Source: Setoptus koraiensis
Taxonomy: Eukaryota > Animalia > Arthropoda
Length of the DNA stretch: 64,000 bases
Reading direction: 5' to 3'
Assembly: GCA_048013815.1 (NCBI GenBank)
Contig: CM106586.1
Location: 7,502,001 to 7,566,000 of the forward strand
Shown: piece by piece, positions 24,223 through 35,663 of the stretch
How the letters are laid out: each line of letters opens with the position of its first letter
How positions within the stretch are numbered: the stretch's first letter is position 1
The notes under the pieces: generated by a model
The model's database searches: none
Seen by the model: the letters and a program-made list of their open reading frames with translations, nothing else
What the model was told of the DNA's origin: nothing
Program-made: the position numbers and the translations under genes

Positions 24223-24534
24223 CCTCGAGAACGTGGACGTAAATAGATATGGAGCGGCTGCTGGAGGGCAGACAGGTGTAGTTGCCCGAGTCGCTCAGCT
24301 GGGCCCGGTGGATAATTAGATTGGACACTTGGGTGTCGGGCTTGTCGTGCTGCTTGTACACGCTCAGCTTGCCCCTGTTGTTGTTGTCGAGATCGTAGTT
24401 GATCATTCTGTTGTCGTGGTACCAAAATATGAATTGCAACTGATCCGGCGTGTGCGATATGATGCACGTCAGATTGATGGCCCCGCCGAGCCGCGCGAAC
24501 ATGTCGGGCGCGCCCACGATTTCCGCCCGGGGCT
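24223..24534 (-). CDS. dpr: Dpr-family gene, Ig2 exon (312 nt, phase 1-1)
   Basis: EPRAEIVGAPDMFARLGGAINLTCIIS...IFWYHDNRMINYD...SNLIIHRAQLSDSGNYTCLPSS...VHVLE; acceptor AAATGCAG|AG, donor GAGG|GTACGT. Confidence 0.92.
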
Positions 24535-24815
24535 CTGCATTTGTCATTGGGTCATCATTTAATTATTATTATTTGGTTGTTATTTGGTTGTTGTGCGTCG
24601 TTGTGCGACAGTCGATAATTGGATGATTGCGGGTGACAATTTCGGCAATTTCATTCATTCCATCAGTTCAATTATTCGTTCGGGGAGGGACGACAGGCGC
24701 AAGTCGATATGCGAATATAATAGTAATAATTAATTAATAATAATTAATGATAATTGATAATATCGTGTTTGGTGATTATTGGCTAATTGCGCCCATTGGC
24801 GTCATGTTCACCTAC

Positions 24816-25032
24816 CCATTATGTTCAACTGGTAGTACTGGCTCTCGGGCGGGTCGCTGTTGGTCTGGCACTCGTAGATGCCCGAATCGGTGCCCTTGTC
24901 CACGTTTTGTATTTGCAGCGCCCAATCGTTTTCCTTGAGCAGCCCGTGCCTAACCACGAACCGTTCGTCCTGGATGACGGTGTTGTCGGCCACCGTCAGC
25001 AATTGTGTGTCGCGCAATCTCACCCACGATAC
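24816..25032 (-). CDS. dpr: Dpr-family gene, Ig1 3' exon (217 nt, phase 0-1)
   Basis: VSWVRLRDTQLLTVADNTVIQDERF...DWALQIQNVDKGTDSGIYECQTNSDP; acceptor TCATCAG|GTA, donor ATGG|GTAGGT. Confidence 0.92.
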
Positions 25033-25232
25033 CTGATGACGCAATGACGATTATGATCGCGTTACATGATAGTATAGTTATAGTTGATTATAGTTGATGG
25101 GATTGTGATAAAATATTGCGGTGTGAGATTGTGATGCAATGTTCGACAGGTGAGCGCGAATTGGCGTCGCAGCAAACAACTTGTTGGTGTCACTTGCGAA
25201 TCACTTGCGAATCACTTGTCGATGATACTTAC

Positions 25233-25282
25233 TATTCTGTCGTTAGATGGCTCGACTATGCAGTGCAGCAGCACCGATTGAC
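25233..25282 (-). CDS. dpr: Dpr-family gene, 50-nt Ig1 5' mini-exon (phase 1-0): G-QSVLLHCIVEPSNDRI
   Basis: Not in the ORF track; acceptor TCTGACAG|GT, donor AATA|GTAAGT; supplies the first Ig Cys and joins NITAQNG to VSWVR in frame. Confidence 0.88.
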
Positions 25283-26176
25283 CTGTCAGAGTGGATGGGC
25301 GAACGAGTGGAAATGGTTAGTGAGTGCTGATGGTTTTGTAGGATTTTTGACAATTTTCCACAATGTTGTCAGCGTCAGTTTGAGCCGTCGTTTGTCCGTT
25401 GCATTGCGTGCACTTCGCCGGCAACTGGACGGCCGTTTATGCGATTACTGTCACACTTTTCGGGCTCGCTTCACATTATTCGCCTCACATTTATCGCTTC
25501 ACATTTAGCGCTTCACATTATTCGCATCAAATTATTCGCGTCAAATTATTCGCATCAAATGGCACTAAATTGGCAATCAAATTAATATTCATACTTGTGG
25601 CCGCGAGATGTGGCCAGGGCGGCCCTCCCACGCTCGCGAAAAACTGGTCACTTTGCTTTTTACGACACCACGATTCGAGAATCAGTGGACGACGCGCAAT
25701 GCGTCGTCCAACGATTTTCATTGACGAGCGCCAATGAGAACTTGCCAATGAAATCTCGGCCAGCCGGCCAAAATTTGCGCCAATTGCGCCAATCGCGCCA
25801 ATCGCGTCAATTGCGTCAACTGGGCCAATTGGGCAGCGCGACGGTTCAACAACCCGGCCGCGCGCCCATTCAGCCAATTTGGCCTGACTGGCTGTGGTGG
25901 TCGCTCGAACGCGATCGCTCGGCTGGCCCAATTCGCAGGCCGCTGGTCGAAAGTCGCACGACAGCAACAGCAACAGCGCCAACAACAACAAGTGGACAGG
26001 TAACGTTGAGCATTGTTGATTGATTATGTCGTTATGACTTACAAGCGACGTCGTGAGCGCTGCTCACAATTAATCAGCTGACGGGCGCATGATTAATTAG
26101 GCCAGGCTAATTAAACGGCAACCATAATGACGCGCAGCGACGGCATAGTTCGGCTGCCATGTTGTGTCATGCGTAA

Positions 26177-26242
26177 TTGTCGTCGTCGTCGTCGTTGTCG
26201 TTGTTGTTGCTGTTGTTGTTGTTGTTGTTGTTGTTGTTGTCG
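26177..26242. repeat. (GTC)n/(GTT)n trinucleotide microsatellite
   Basis: Read directly; similar tracts at about 30925-30990, 37870-37955, 40146-40234 and 49147-49230. Confidence 0.9.
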
Positions 26243-29022
26243 TGTTTATAATCGGACGGCCACTCGAGAGCTATGACGCAAGCAAACAAAGAGCCTGTGT
26301 GATTGATGTGCAAGATTGATATACAAAAGTAAACACGGATGCGCCAGCAAACGAGCAAACAAACCGCCCAGTGGCCAACACAAACAATGACGACACACCG
26401 CGGATAAGGCACGCCAATGAAACACGGAGGATAAAGCATGGAGAGTGGACAAAACGCCGAAACTGGATAAAATATGGAGACACAGATAAAGTGAGCATGT
26501 GGAGACTGCGTTTTATCGCGCCGAGACAAATCGCAGCCAGATAATGAGCTGGCCAGCGCCAGTAGCGGTCGGTGGCTCAACGGCGCTGGCCGGTCTCGGC
26601 CAGTCTAGGCCAGTATCAATCAATCTAATCCGACAATTGCCCGCTCTAACAAAGTCAACCCAAATGTGGAGCAGCAGCGCCAGAGTTGTCATTTGTCAAC
26701 AATTATCATGGCCACTTATGTACTTATGTACAGTTACGGTCGTTAGTGGCGCCCAGTTGCCGAGTTGGCTCACAACGTTGCTGTCAGTCGGCGCCAGTCG
26801 GCGCCAGTCGGGCTTACCCGGCCCGAAACGGGGCCCGCAAACGAGCGAATGTCGCGCGCATATCCGCGCTTGTCGTGGCATTGTTGTCGCGGCCGACAAA
26901 CCGACCGGCTGCGAGAAACAAACAATATCAATTGATCAATTGAAAAACAGCTGACGGCTTCAGACCGTATTATATCGCATTATCTGGCAGCATTGTTGTG
27001 TTGTGTTTGTTTTTGGCCAACTGTGCCCATCCTGTCGCCGCTTACCAGCCATTTCCGGCCCGCGCTGGCCGGCCCGCAGCGCGCTGCAGCAACTGAATTT
27101 GCCATTGATCACTGTGCAACTGAATTAACACTGACACCGCACTGAGACGCTCTGAGACGGTCGCTCACAAGTTGTGAGTCACAACAGAGTGAGCTGAACA
27201 CACTCGTCGCTCAGTGCCCCCGATGGGGCCCCCGATGATTTGGCGCGACATGCGATGTTTCCACTAAGACAGTTCAACTGTCATTTGGTCGCTGGCAACA
27301 AATCGCTTTGCAATCATTCACAGAGTTGCCACTGGCAACAGTCAAGTGACGAGCGCGCCGGCAACGGGCCCCGCACGAGGTGACAACACAGTCCGTGCGG
27401 GAACGGCCCGCGCTGCCTTATTAATGGCGCTCGCTGCGACGCGCTGATTTATGGCCAAGCGGTCAAGTGGACGCACGCACTCTAGACGATATTTGGCGGA
27501 CGAGCGGATATTTGAATTGGATTGTCATCGGAGCGCCACACAATGCAACGCAATATATCTGCGCTATATATAGAGAGCGAGCTTGGCGCCCATTAACGCC
27601 AATTGAATTAGTTAGCAGACAATGCAACAACAAATCGGGCCCCGACAACAAAAAATTTCTCCGTCTTGCGCTTCGTCGAGCGGCCCCTCGACGGCGGCAC
27701 AAGCTCGGGACGGTGTGCGGCCGCTCGTCCCGCTCTCGTGCCGGGCCGGCCGCAAATCATTGATCGATTATTGGCCCGTCTATTAATCATTGTGAGTTGC
27801 TGCTGCCACTGGCCGGGCCCGCTTGGTGCGCTCGGGCCGGCCGGCCTGACGAGCCGAGTGAAAAATTGCGGCGCTTTATCGGGACCCGACAGTCGACACA
27901 GCGCGCTTCGGTCGCAAGAGTCAAGTGCACTCGACATACACACCAGAGATAGATTTATCTCAAGGACAAATCTATCTGGCTGTTGATATCAAAACCCGAT
28001 AGCGAAACCAGCCGCTCGGACGGTGCGGCCCGTGAAACCGGTCGGTCGGAGCCTCTGAGTCAGGAGGCACTGCTGACCGGCAGCCCCTGCTACCGCAGCG
28101 GTACCGCCGGCCCGTCGCGCCCGAGCGGACCGCACAGGCGGCGCTCAACATTTGAGTGGGGCACAATTAGCGTGGCCGACCGCGGTTTGGCATAATGGTT
28201 GCCCAGTGCCATTATTGTGCAACATTGCGCGCAATCCGGCCACTGGCAGCAACTCAATTTATCGCTGCATCGTTACGTCAGCCATTGGCGGGCAACATTG
28301 TTAATTAACTGTGGGGATTTGTTTGGCCGGCATGTTGATGACTCATCACTGACCAGCTCACCTAGCCACAGCGAGCCACAGCCTGACACAGCAAGCAGCC
28401 CGACACATGCAAACAGCAACTTGGAAATGGCCGCTACGCGGCCGCTGTTGCGACAAGACTCTTATGACAAGACTCTTGTCGAGGCGAGTCTCGCGAGCCA
28501 GCATTAATTTTGTCGCTGCGAAACATAAATAAGACACCGCACGGCAAGACACGGCAACATCATTAATAATTGCCAATTGCCGGCTGGCCGGCCAGCGCGT
28601 ATCACCGTCCGTGGCGCAAATTGAGCCAATTCGGTTCAACTCGGCCCGTTCCACTGGTCAGTTCGTGGGGGCCAATCGGCCCAGCGAGAGCACCCGAGAA
28701 AGCGCCGCGGACAGCGGCTTAGCTCGTGATTTGCGTGGCACGCGCTGCGGCGACACCCGGCGCTTGTTGTTTATGGCCGCTCAATTATCGGGCGGTTCGG
28801 GTTTAATCGGGTCCGGCTGGGCACCGCGAAAGTCGGGCCGGCAAAGTCGGGCCATCAAAGTCGGGCCGGCGCTCAGAGCGACAGGGGACGGGCCTAAGCC
28901 ACGGATGACAATTAGAAGCTAATCAATGATAATGGCAGCAGTGGCAGCAGAAAGGACGATAATTGTTGCGACTAAGCCGGCCGCGCCGACTCGGCCCCGA
29001 CCGGCTCGGCCGGGCCCCGGCT

Positions 29023-29114
29023 GAGCCGGCCGCAAACTCGAATCTGAGCCGGCCGCAAACTCGAATCTGAGCCGGCCGCAAACTCGAATCTGGGCCGGCC
29101 GAAAACTCGAATCT
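29023..29114. repeat. 23-bp minisatellite x4 (GAGCCGGCCGCAAACTCGAATCT)
   Basis: Head-to-tail copies, plus a degenerate fifth near 29138. Confidence 0.95.
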
Positions 29115-30679
29115 GAGCCTACCAAAAACTCAATTCTGAGCCGGCCGAAAACTCAATTATTCTCAAGTGGATGCCAGCCAGCCAATTAATATTGCTGTGT
29201 CTCGCTGTTAACTACACCCACTGCCACTGGGGCGACTATCTGACTGTCGGGCTATCGGACTGTCGGGCTATCGGACTGTCGGACTGTCGGACTGTCCGAC
29301 TCGGGCGAGTCAGCAACAGACAAACTTCAACAAAGCAGTCGACCAATTCGGGCAATTTTGGCAAGCTAGGCTCAACGTGGCTTATTGACGGCGGCCAGCC
29401 GAGAGTTGCTTGTCGGCCGGCCGGCCATTGTCGGCAGTGTTGCCAGCACAGCAAGCAAATTGATTATTATTATGTAATGTGTGTGTGTCCATTTAGATTG
29501 GTCAACCAAGCAAAAGAGCGCGATTAGATTGCAATGGCATATACACGGCAACCTATGGCGCGCACAGCGACTCGCGACAACTCCAACTGGCCAGTGCACG
29601 CTGGGGCCCGTCGACGCGATCGGTCTCGAGATTGCCGAGTCGAGGGGCGGACGCGGCCGAGTTTAGGGGTGGACGCGGCCGAGTTTAAGGGCGGCCGAGT
29701 GGACAGCGGACGGCGGACGGGCCGGCCTCCGCTGGGCCGGCCCGTCCACGCACACAGTGTATCTATTCTGGCCGGCGCCGTTATCGGGCCGCTGCTGGCC
29801 CGCTGCTGGCGACCGCTTCGATCCGGCCATCGAGCCAACGGCCGAGCGACCGACGAGCGACTGATTGATTTTGGCGCAACCAACCCCAAATTGGCCAGTT
29901 GCGCAACAATCTAGCTTGCCAACTTGTTACTGTTGGCTGGCCAATGGCCGCTAGAGGCCATTGAGTGCATGGGCCCGATAACTTATCGGTGATAAGTTAT
30001 CACGATGGCTAATTAACATGACACTGGCACCAGTTATAATATTGTATATAGTTATATCTGTCGCGCTCTAGTTTGGATCTGGTCGCCAGATGGAGCGGGC
30101 TGGCCGGCGGCGCCCCCGGCGCTGAGCGGCAGCGCACATGCCGTCGCGATTGTGCGCACATTTGGCCGCAAACAGCGACTCTCACACGGCGACTCTCAGA
30201 CGGCAACTCGGTGTGTCGTCGTTATTACGTCACACGACATTATTACGCTGTAACATGTCGGCCTGCCAACGGGCCCATTTCGGGGCGACTCGACACAAAT
30301 TGCGATGAATTGCGGGATCCGCACAAGCACAAGCACACACACACAGGCTGCCAAGTCGCAATCAGCGCCCCTCGGTCTCGGCGCGCCGCTCGCGGACACT
30401 CGCCGACTCAACGAACGCCGAGCCCCATTCCCGTTTATCCGTCTGCGTGCTGCGCAAACACATATCCATTGTTGTCGCGCAGGCAGCCATTCAAATATCC
30501 ATGCAGGCGCACGGCATAAATGAATGGTACGCCGACGGGCCCGAATATTCAAATATTTGACGTTGGATTATTCAAATGCCGCGAGAGCAAGAGTCGCATA
30601 TCGTCGCAATATCTGGCGCCTGTCACTGGCTGTTGCTCGCCGTTTGTGTGCGCCGCACTCCGCCACATACCCTGCGTGA

Positions 30680-30763
30680 CAAGGCGCCCGTGACATACCC
30701 CGAGCGACAAGGCGCCCGTGACATACCCCGAGCGACAAGGCGCCCGTGACCTACCCCGAGCGA
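30680..30763. repeat. 28-bp minisatellite x3 (CAAGGCGCCCGTGACATACCCCGAGCGA)
   Basis: Read directly. Confidence 0.95.
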
Positions 30764-31130
30764 CGTGGCGTTATATGCAGGGTATGTCGCGCAGGGCACT
30801 TGGCACAGGGCACGTCGCACAGGGGATGTCGCATAGGGTATGTCGCGGAGTGCGGCGCCACCGGCGGCCGGCGTGACATTGACGCAGCAGCGCATAGCGA
30901 CCTCGAGCTGGCTGTCGCCGTGGTGTCGCTGTTGTTGTTGTCGGTGTCGGTGTTGTTGTTGTTGTCAGTGTCGCTGCTGTTGTCGCCGTTTCTGTCGGGG
31001 TCGCTGCCGACGCTGCTGCTGGCGGCCGGCCGCGGCCTTCGCCGCGACACTGAATCGCGCCGAGCGAAATCGCTACAAATTGTTTCAACTTGATCTGCGC
31101 TGCGCGGCCCCCCGTGGCTCGGGCGCCCCT

Positions 31131-31202
31131 GCAAAATCTCGCGCAAAATCCCATGCAAAATCTCGCGCAAAATCCCATGCAAAATCTCGCGCAAAATCCC
31201 AT
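31131..31202. repeat. 24-bp minisatellite x3 (GCAAAATCTCGCGCAAAATCCCAT)
   Basis: Read directly. Confidence 0.95.
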
Positions 31203-34200
31203 GCAAATTCTCACGCAGCATCTCACGCGGCATCTCATGTAACATGCGAGCATGCGAGCGGGAGAGCGGACGAGCGGCGAATCCGCGGGCATATCCGCTC
31301 ACGGCTATGTGCGTTTGCGGCGCGGCGCGGTTGGCCGCGAACTGCGCTGGCGGATCCGAGTTGCGTTCGCATGCGAGCTGCGCCTAGACGCGAACCGCCC
31401 TCGGACGACAACCGCGCTCGGATGCGGCTGGCGGGCCGGCGGCCAGGGACGCGCGCCCGGCAACGATTGCAACGACAATAACAATAAATAATTGTTGCCT
31501 CAATAATGGGCCGCTCGATAATCAAACGAGCCCCATTATCGCGGCGCAACAGCGCCCAATATCCCGGCGAATAAAATGATGTAATATCCCAGCGAATAAT
31601 ATGATGTAATATCCCAGTGAATAATATGATGCAATATGCAGCCAACGGGCGCTGGCGTCCCTTCGGGCCCGTGCCCGTGAGGCGTTGATGCGTCTCGGCG
31701 GCGCAACAGTTTCACACAGAGCGAGTCGCGATAATCGCTATGCGCCCGAGCCTCATGCCCGCATATCGCACACTATGGGAGCTAGCAAAACAATCGACAC
31801 ACATATCCGCGTATATCCGCATACAACGCAGAGCATATGCACTTGTTCCGCATGCCGTTGGCGCCGCTCCAGTCGCTGGCGGGCGCCGGCGTCGCTGGCT
31901 GGCCCCAACTGGAGCAGCGCCAGCGCCTTGTTTCATGCTGCATTTGATGTTAATTTGAAATATGTTAATTTGTTTTTGCTGCGGCGCCCTTGTCGCTGGC
32001 GCTGCTGCCAGGCTGGCTGTGGGCGCAAACGGCGACGTCGCCGTCGTTTAATTTCATTTATTAGCGTTATGGCGACGATGGTCGGCGTTCGCAGCGACTC
32101 GCGAATCATCGCTGGCTGCGAATCGCGAATCATCGCTCGAAGCCGACCGCTGCCGAGACGCGCCCGCTCCGAGCCAGCTTTCAGCGCTCTTCGAGCCGCC
32201 CTCGGGCCGGCGGCCGAGCCGCATGCCGAGACGCCCACGCGGAGACGCCGCACGGGGCGATGAGCATATGAGCAGAGATGGCGCGAGCGCGCGAAACTCT
32301 CCACTCGCGGCCTGGCAATCATTAGCGCCACGGGCATATCTCGGTTTTGATTGAATTGGCCTCTCTGGCTCGGCGACTGGCGGCCCGACGACTGGCGGCC
32401 CGACAATCTCCGGCCGGCTGCCAATAATGCGAGCGACAATGGCGCCCGCGCGGCGCGGCCCGGCCCGGCAAGCGTGCGGGAATTGGCACAGTGTCGCCGA
32501 GTCACTGTCAGCGACTTTGCGAGTGCAAATGGCAGCGAAAATGGCAGATAAAAGCGACAGTGGGAACGTTCGCTCCGAACGCTTCTATCGGCTGCGAACG
32601 CTTCTGTTGGCAGCGTTCTCACACAGACAGACAGACTCAAATAGAGCGACAGTCATCAATTAGCGAAATTGAGCTCCCTCTTGTGTGCCTCTGCTGTCTA
32701 TTGGCGCTCCACGGCGAGCTTGCCCGGCTGAATGGGGGGGGGGCGCCATTTACAGCGGCAGCGCTGAAAATTAAGATGTGTGCACATAATAATAACTGAC
32801 TAACTGATCTAGATGCTTATCTCCCGATCGATGTCGCCCTCGAGACGGGCCCGCGCGACGCGCCGACCAGCAGCCGGCGGGCCGGCGGGACGCAGCGACC
32901 GGGACACAGCGATCGGGACGCAGCGACCGGGACATAGCGACCCGGACAGAGAGACCGAGAAGCGACCGAGCGCCTGCTACCAAGATTGATTGCGACCCGA
33001 GCGAGCGCTCGCCAGTGCGCCAAACGCGCGTCGGACGTTTCGTCGGCGCCCCTCGCTCGTGTTGTCGCGCCACTCATTCGTGGCCGCGTCTGCAGCTACA
33101 AATAACGGGGCCCAGTGGAACAATGCGCGCCCTGGCGATAAAAACAACGATTAGCACCTATGGCCGGCAATTGAATTTGCGCGCAAGTTGCCTGAACGTT
33201 GCGCCTCCACGCGTCGCTGCAATTGTCGTCGGCCCAACAGTCGGCGGCCGATAAATCGATGAATCGAGTGCCATTGGCGTGCCCCGCCAACACGGACGAT
33301 GATAAACGAGCGATGGGGCCCCAAACAAAGGGTTTTTGTGTGCACTTGTTAGCTGTTGTTTGTGTGTCGCGGCGCGTTGTTTGTCGACAAGCGCGTCGCG
33401 GCGCATGTTGGGGTTTTGTCTGGCGGTGGGGCGCTGGCCTCGTTGGCTGGCTCCGTTCGGCTGGCCTCGTTGGCTGGCTCCGTTCGGCTGGCTTCGATCT
33501 TCGTGGCGTGTTTAGCAGTGTCGCGTTCGGCAGTGTCGCGTTCGGCAGTGTCGCCGTGTTCGAATTCCAGTTCGACAGGCTTCGACGGCGCGCGCAATAG
33601 CGTGGTAAAAAACGGCCGAAAGACGCGCTTACAACAACGATTTAATCAACAAAATCATTGTAGCATCCCTACATTCTATTAGGGCGACAGCACAAGCTTG
33701 CACAGTAAGCTGGTGCGCATACAGCATGGGCCACTTCCGGATTGGATGAGGGCGCGAGCGAGCGAGAGAGAGTGGATCAATTAACAAGTTAATTACTTAG
33801 GCTGCTGGCGGGCCCGGCAAGTTATGCAACATGCGCGTGATAGCTTGCTCGCGCCAGCAACATTGTGGTGCATTATGGCGTCTCGGCGATCGAGCCGCCG
33901 AAATGCCGAGCGCCGAGCGAATGCCGAGCGGCGCCGGGCGCCGAGTAACTGGCGAGCGGCGCGAACGGGGCCCCAGTTGATGCGCATTCGCGCAGCCGTG
34001 TCATGTTCATGTGCCGCCGGCGTGTTAATTGATTAAAAGTGCCAATATACACACTGCGCGCACTATTTTTATCCGGGGCACCGCGCAGCGGCTGCAGCGA
34101 CGACTATAGCGACCGACGCTGGCGGTGACACCGAGTCGCCGGAGTGCCCGCGATATGGGCCGACACGCCAGGCGATCGTGGGCACCCCCGATGACGACCA

Positions 34201-35537
34201 TGGTGACAGGATCGCAGGGGCCCTGTCGCACGCACAGGCCGACGAGGCGCTCATTTAGGCCCGCAACACGCTGGCTGACGCGCCGCCAGCCCCAAAAAAG
34301 TCGCGGGGCCCCACCTAAGTAGCCATTAGAGGACGATATCAGCGGCACAGTGTCGCACGTTAGACACTGTTGTCCGGTATGCGCGCTGTCGCCGCGACCC
34401 GCCACGAGAGCGGCGCCCGATAGGCCGCCCGACGGGCCGGTTGATAGTGCGATTGGTGCACTAGATTGTCGGACCAGCGGTGATGTATGGCAACGACATA
34501 TATCAATGATACGCAGTCGAGGCCGGCCAGTGAAAATTTTATTCTGTCACGGTGTGGCCGACGGATAATTGAGCGCACCGAAGAATCGGAGTCACTTGAT
34601 TATCGGCTGATTATTCGGCTCGAGTCGTCTTAGAAACGGGCAGCCGTATATGAGGCCATTTTGGCCTTTCGCGAGTGGCTATTTCGGGCCTCTGTCGAGT
34701 GGGCGCAATTTGGCCATTAGGTGGCCGCCAAATCGACAGTTCGACTCGTCGATTTGCGCCGCTCAATCGTATCAGCGCCGCTCAAATCGTATCAGCGCCG
34801 CTCCGTTCGGCCAGATCGGGCCGACCGGCCGCTCGGCTGGCGGCCGGGCCCGGGTTCCGAGCGTCGCCAGTTTAAGTGACTGAAAATTTATTGCGCGCCG
34901 TCGGCGGGGCCCCGAAATGGCGCGCCCAAGTCTTTTGTGGGGCCACCTAATGTGCCCGCTGCGAGCGCTGATGATATCTCTGGCTGTGGGTCGCCGGCGC
35001 CGCCGCTGCCGCTGCAGCAAGACAAAGCGGCCCGAGTTCATTGAGGGACGGGAGGCGCAAGAAAGGGGAGATATGCGGGCGAGATAAGCGAGCAAGATAA
35101 TCGCATGAGCGGCGCAAGATAATAACAAAGTATGATTATAATAAAATAATTTTTTAAACGACAACGACGACATTATAAACAGTGTCGTGTTGTGAGCCCC
35201 CGAAACAGTTATTTGCTTTGTGCGCTCATGCAGATTACCCGCCAGTCGCCGGTCGCGGCTCGGCCCGCGCCGCGCCGCACCGCGCCGGCACGGTTACGCT
35301 CTACGGCCCAGCAAATATCCGCGCATTGGGCCGCGCTCCATTCAATTATCGCTGGGTCGGGCGCGCGTCTTGCCCGTTCAACTTTTCGTTCAACTTGCAG
35401 CGACACTCGCACCGAGCTGCACAAGTTGCCACAAGTTAGTTGCGGCTGTCAGTGGGCACCCGCACGCGGCCGGGCGCCAATGTCGCGCCTTGACAATTTG
35501 CAAGCGCACCCGCCAGAGCTAAATCCGACTCGGGCGC

Positions 35538-35663
35538 AAATATCCGACTGAGGGGCACAGTAGTGAAAATATCCGATTGAGGGGCAAAGTAGTGAAAATA
35601 TCCGACTGAGAGGCAAAGAAGTGAAAATATCCGACTGAGAGGCACAGTGGCAAAAATATCCGA
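35538..35663. repeat. 29-bp minisatellite x~4 (ATCCGACTGAGGGGCACAGTAGTGAAAAT-like)
   Basis: Read directly, a few substitutions per unit. Confidence 0.9.

Noticed and set aside
25527-25991. MLLLALLLLLSC... ORF as a Dpr leader exon
   Set aside because: TTG start, Leu run from a (TTG/CTG)n repeat, and it lies downstream of the stalk exon, so it cannot be the leader.
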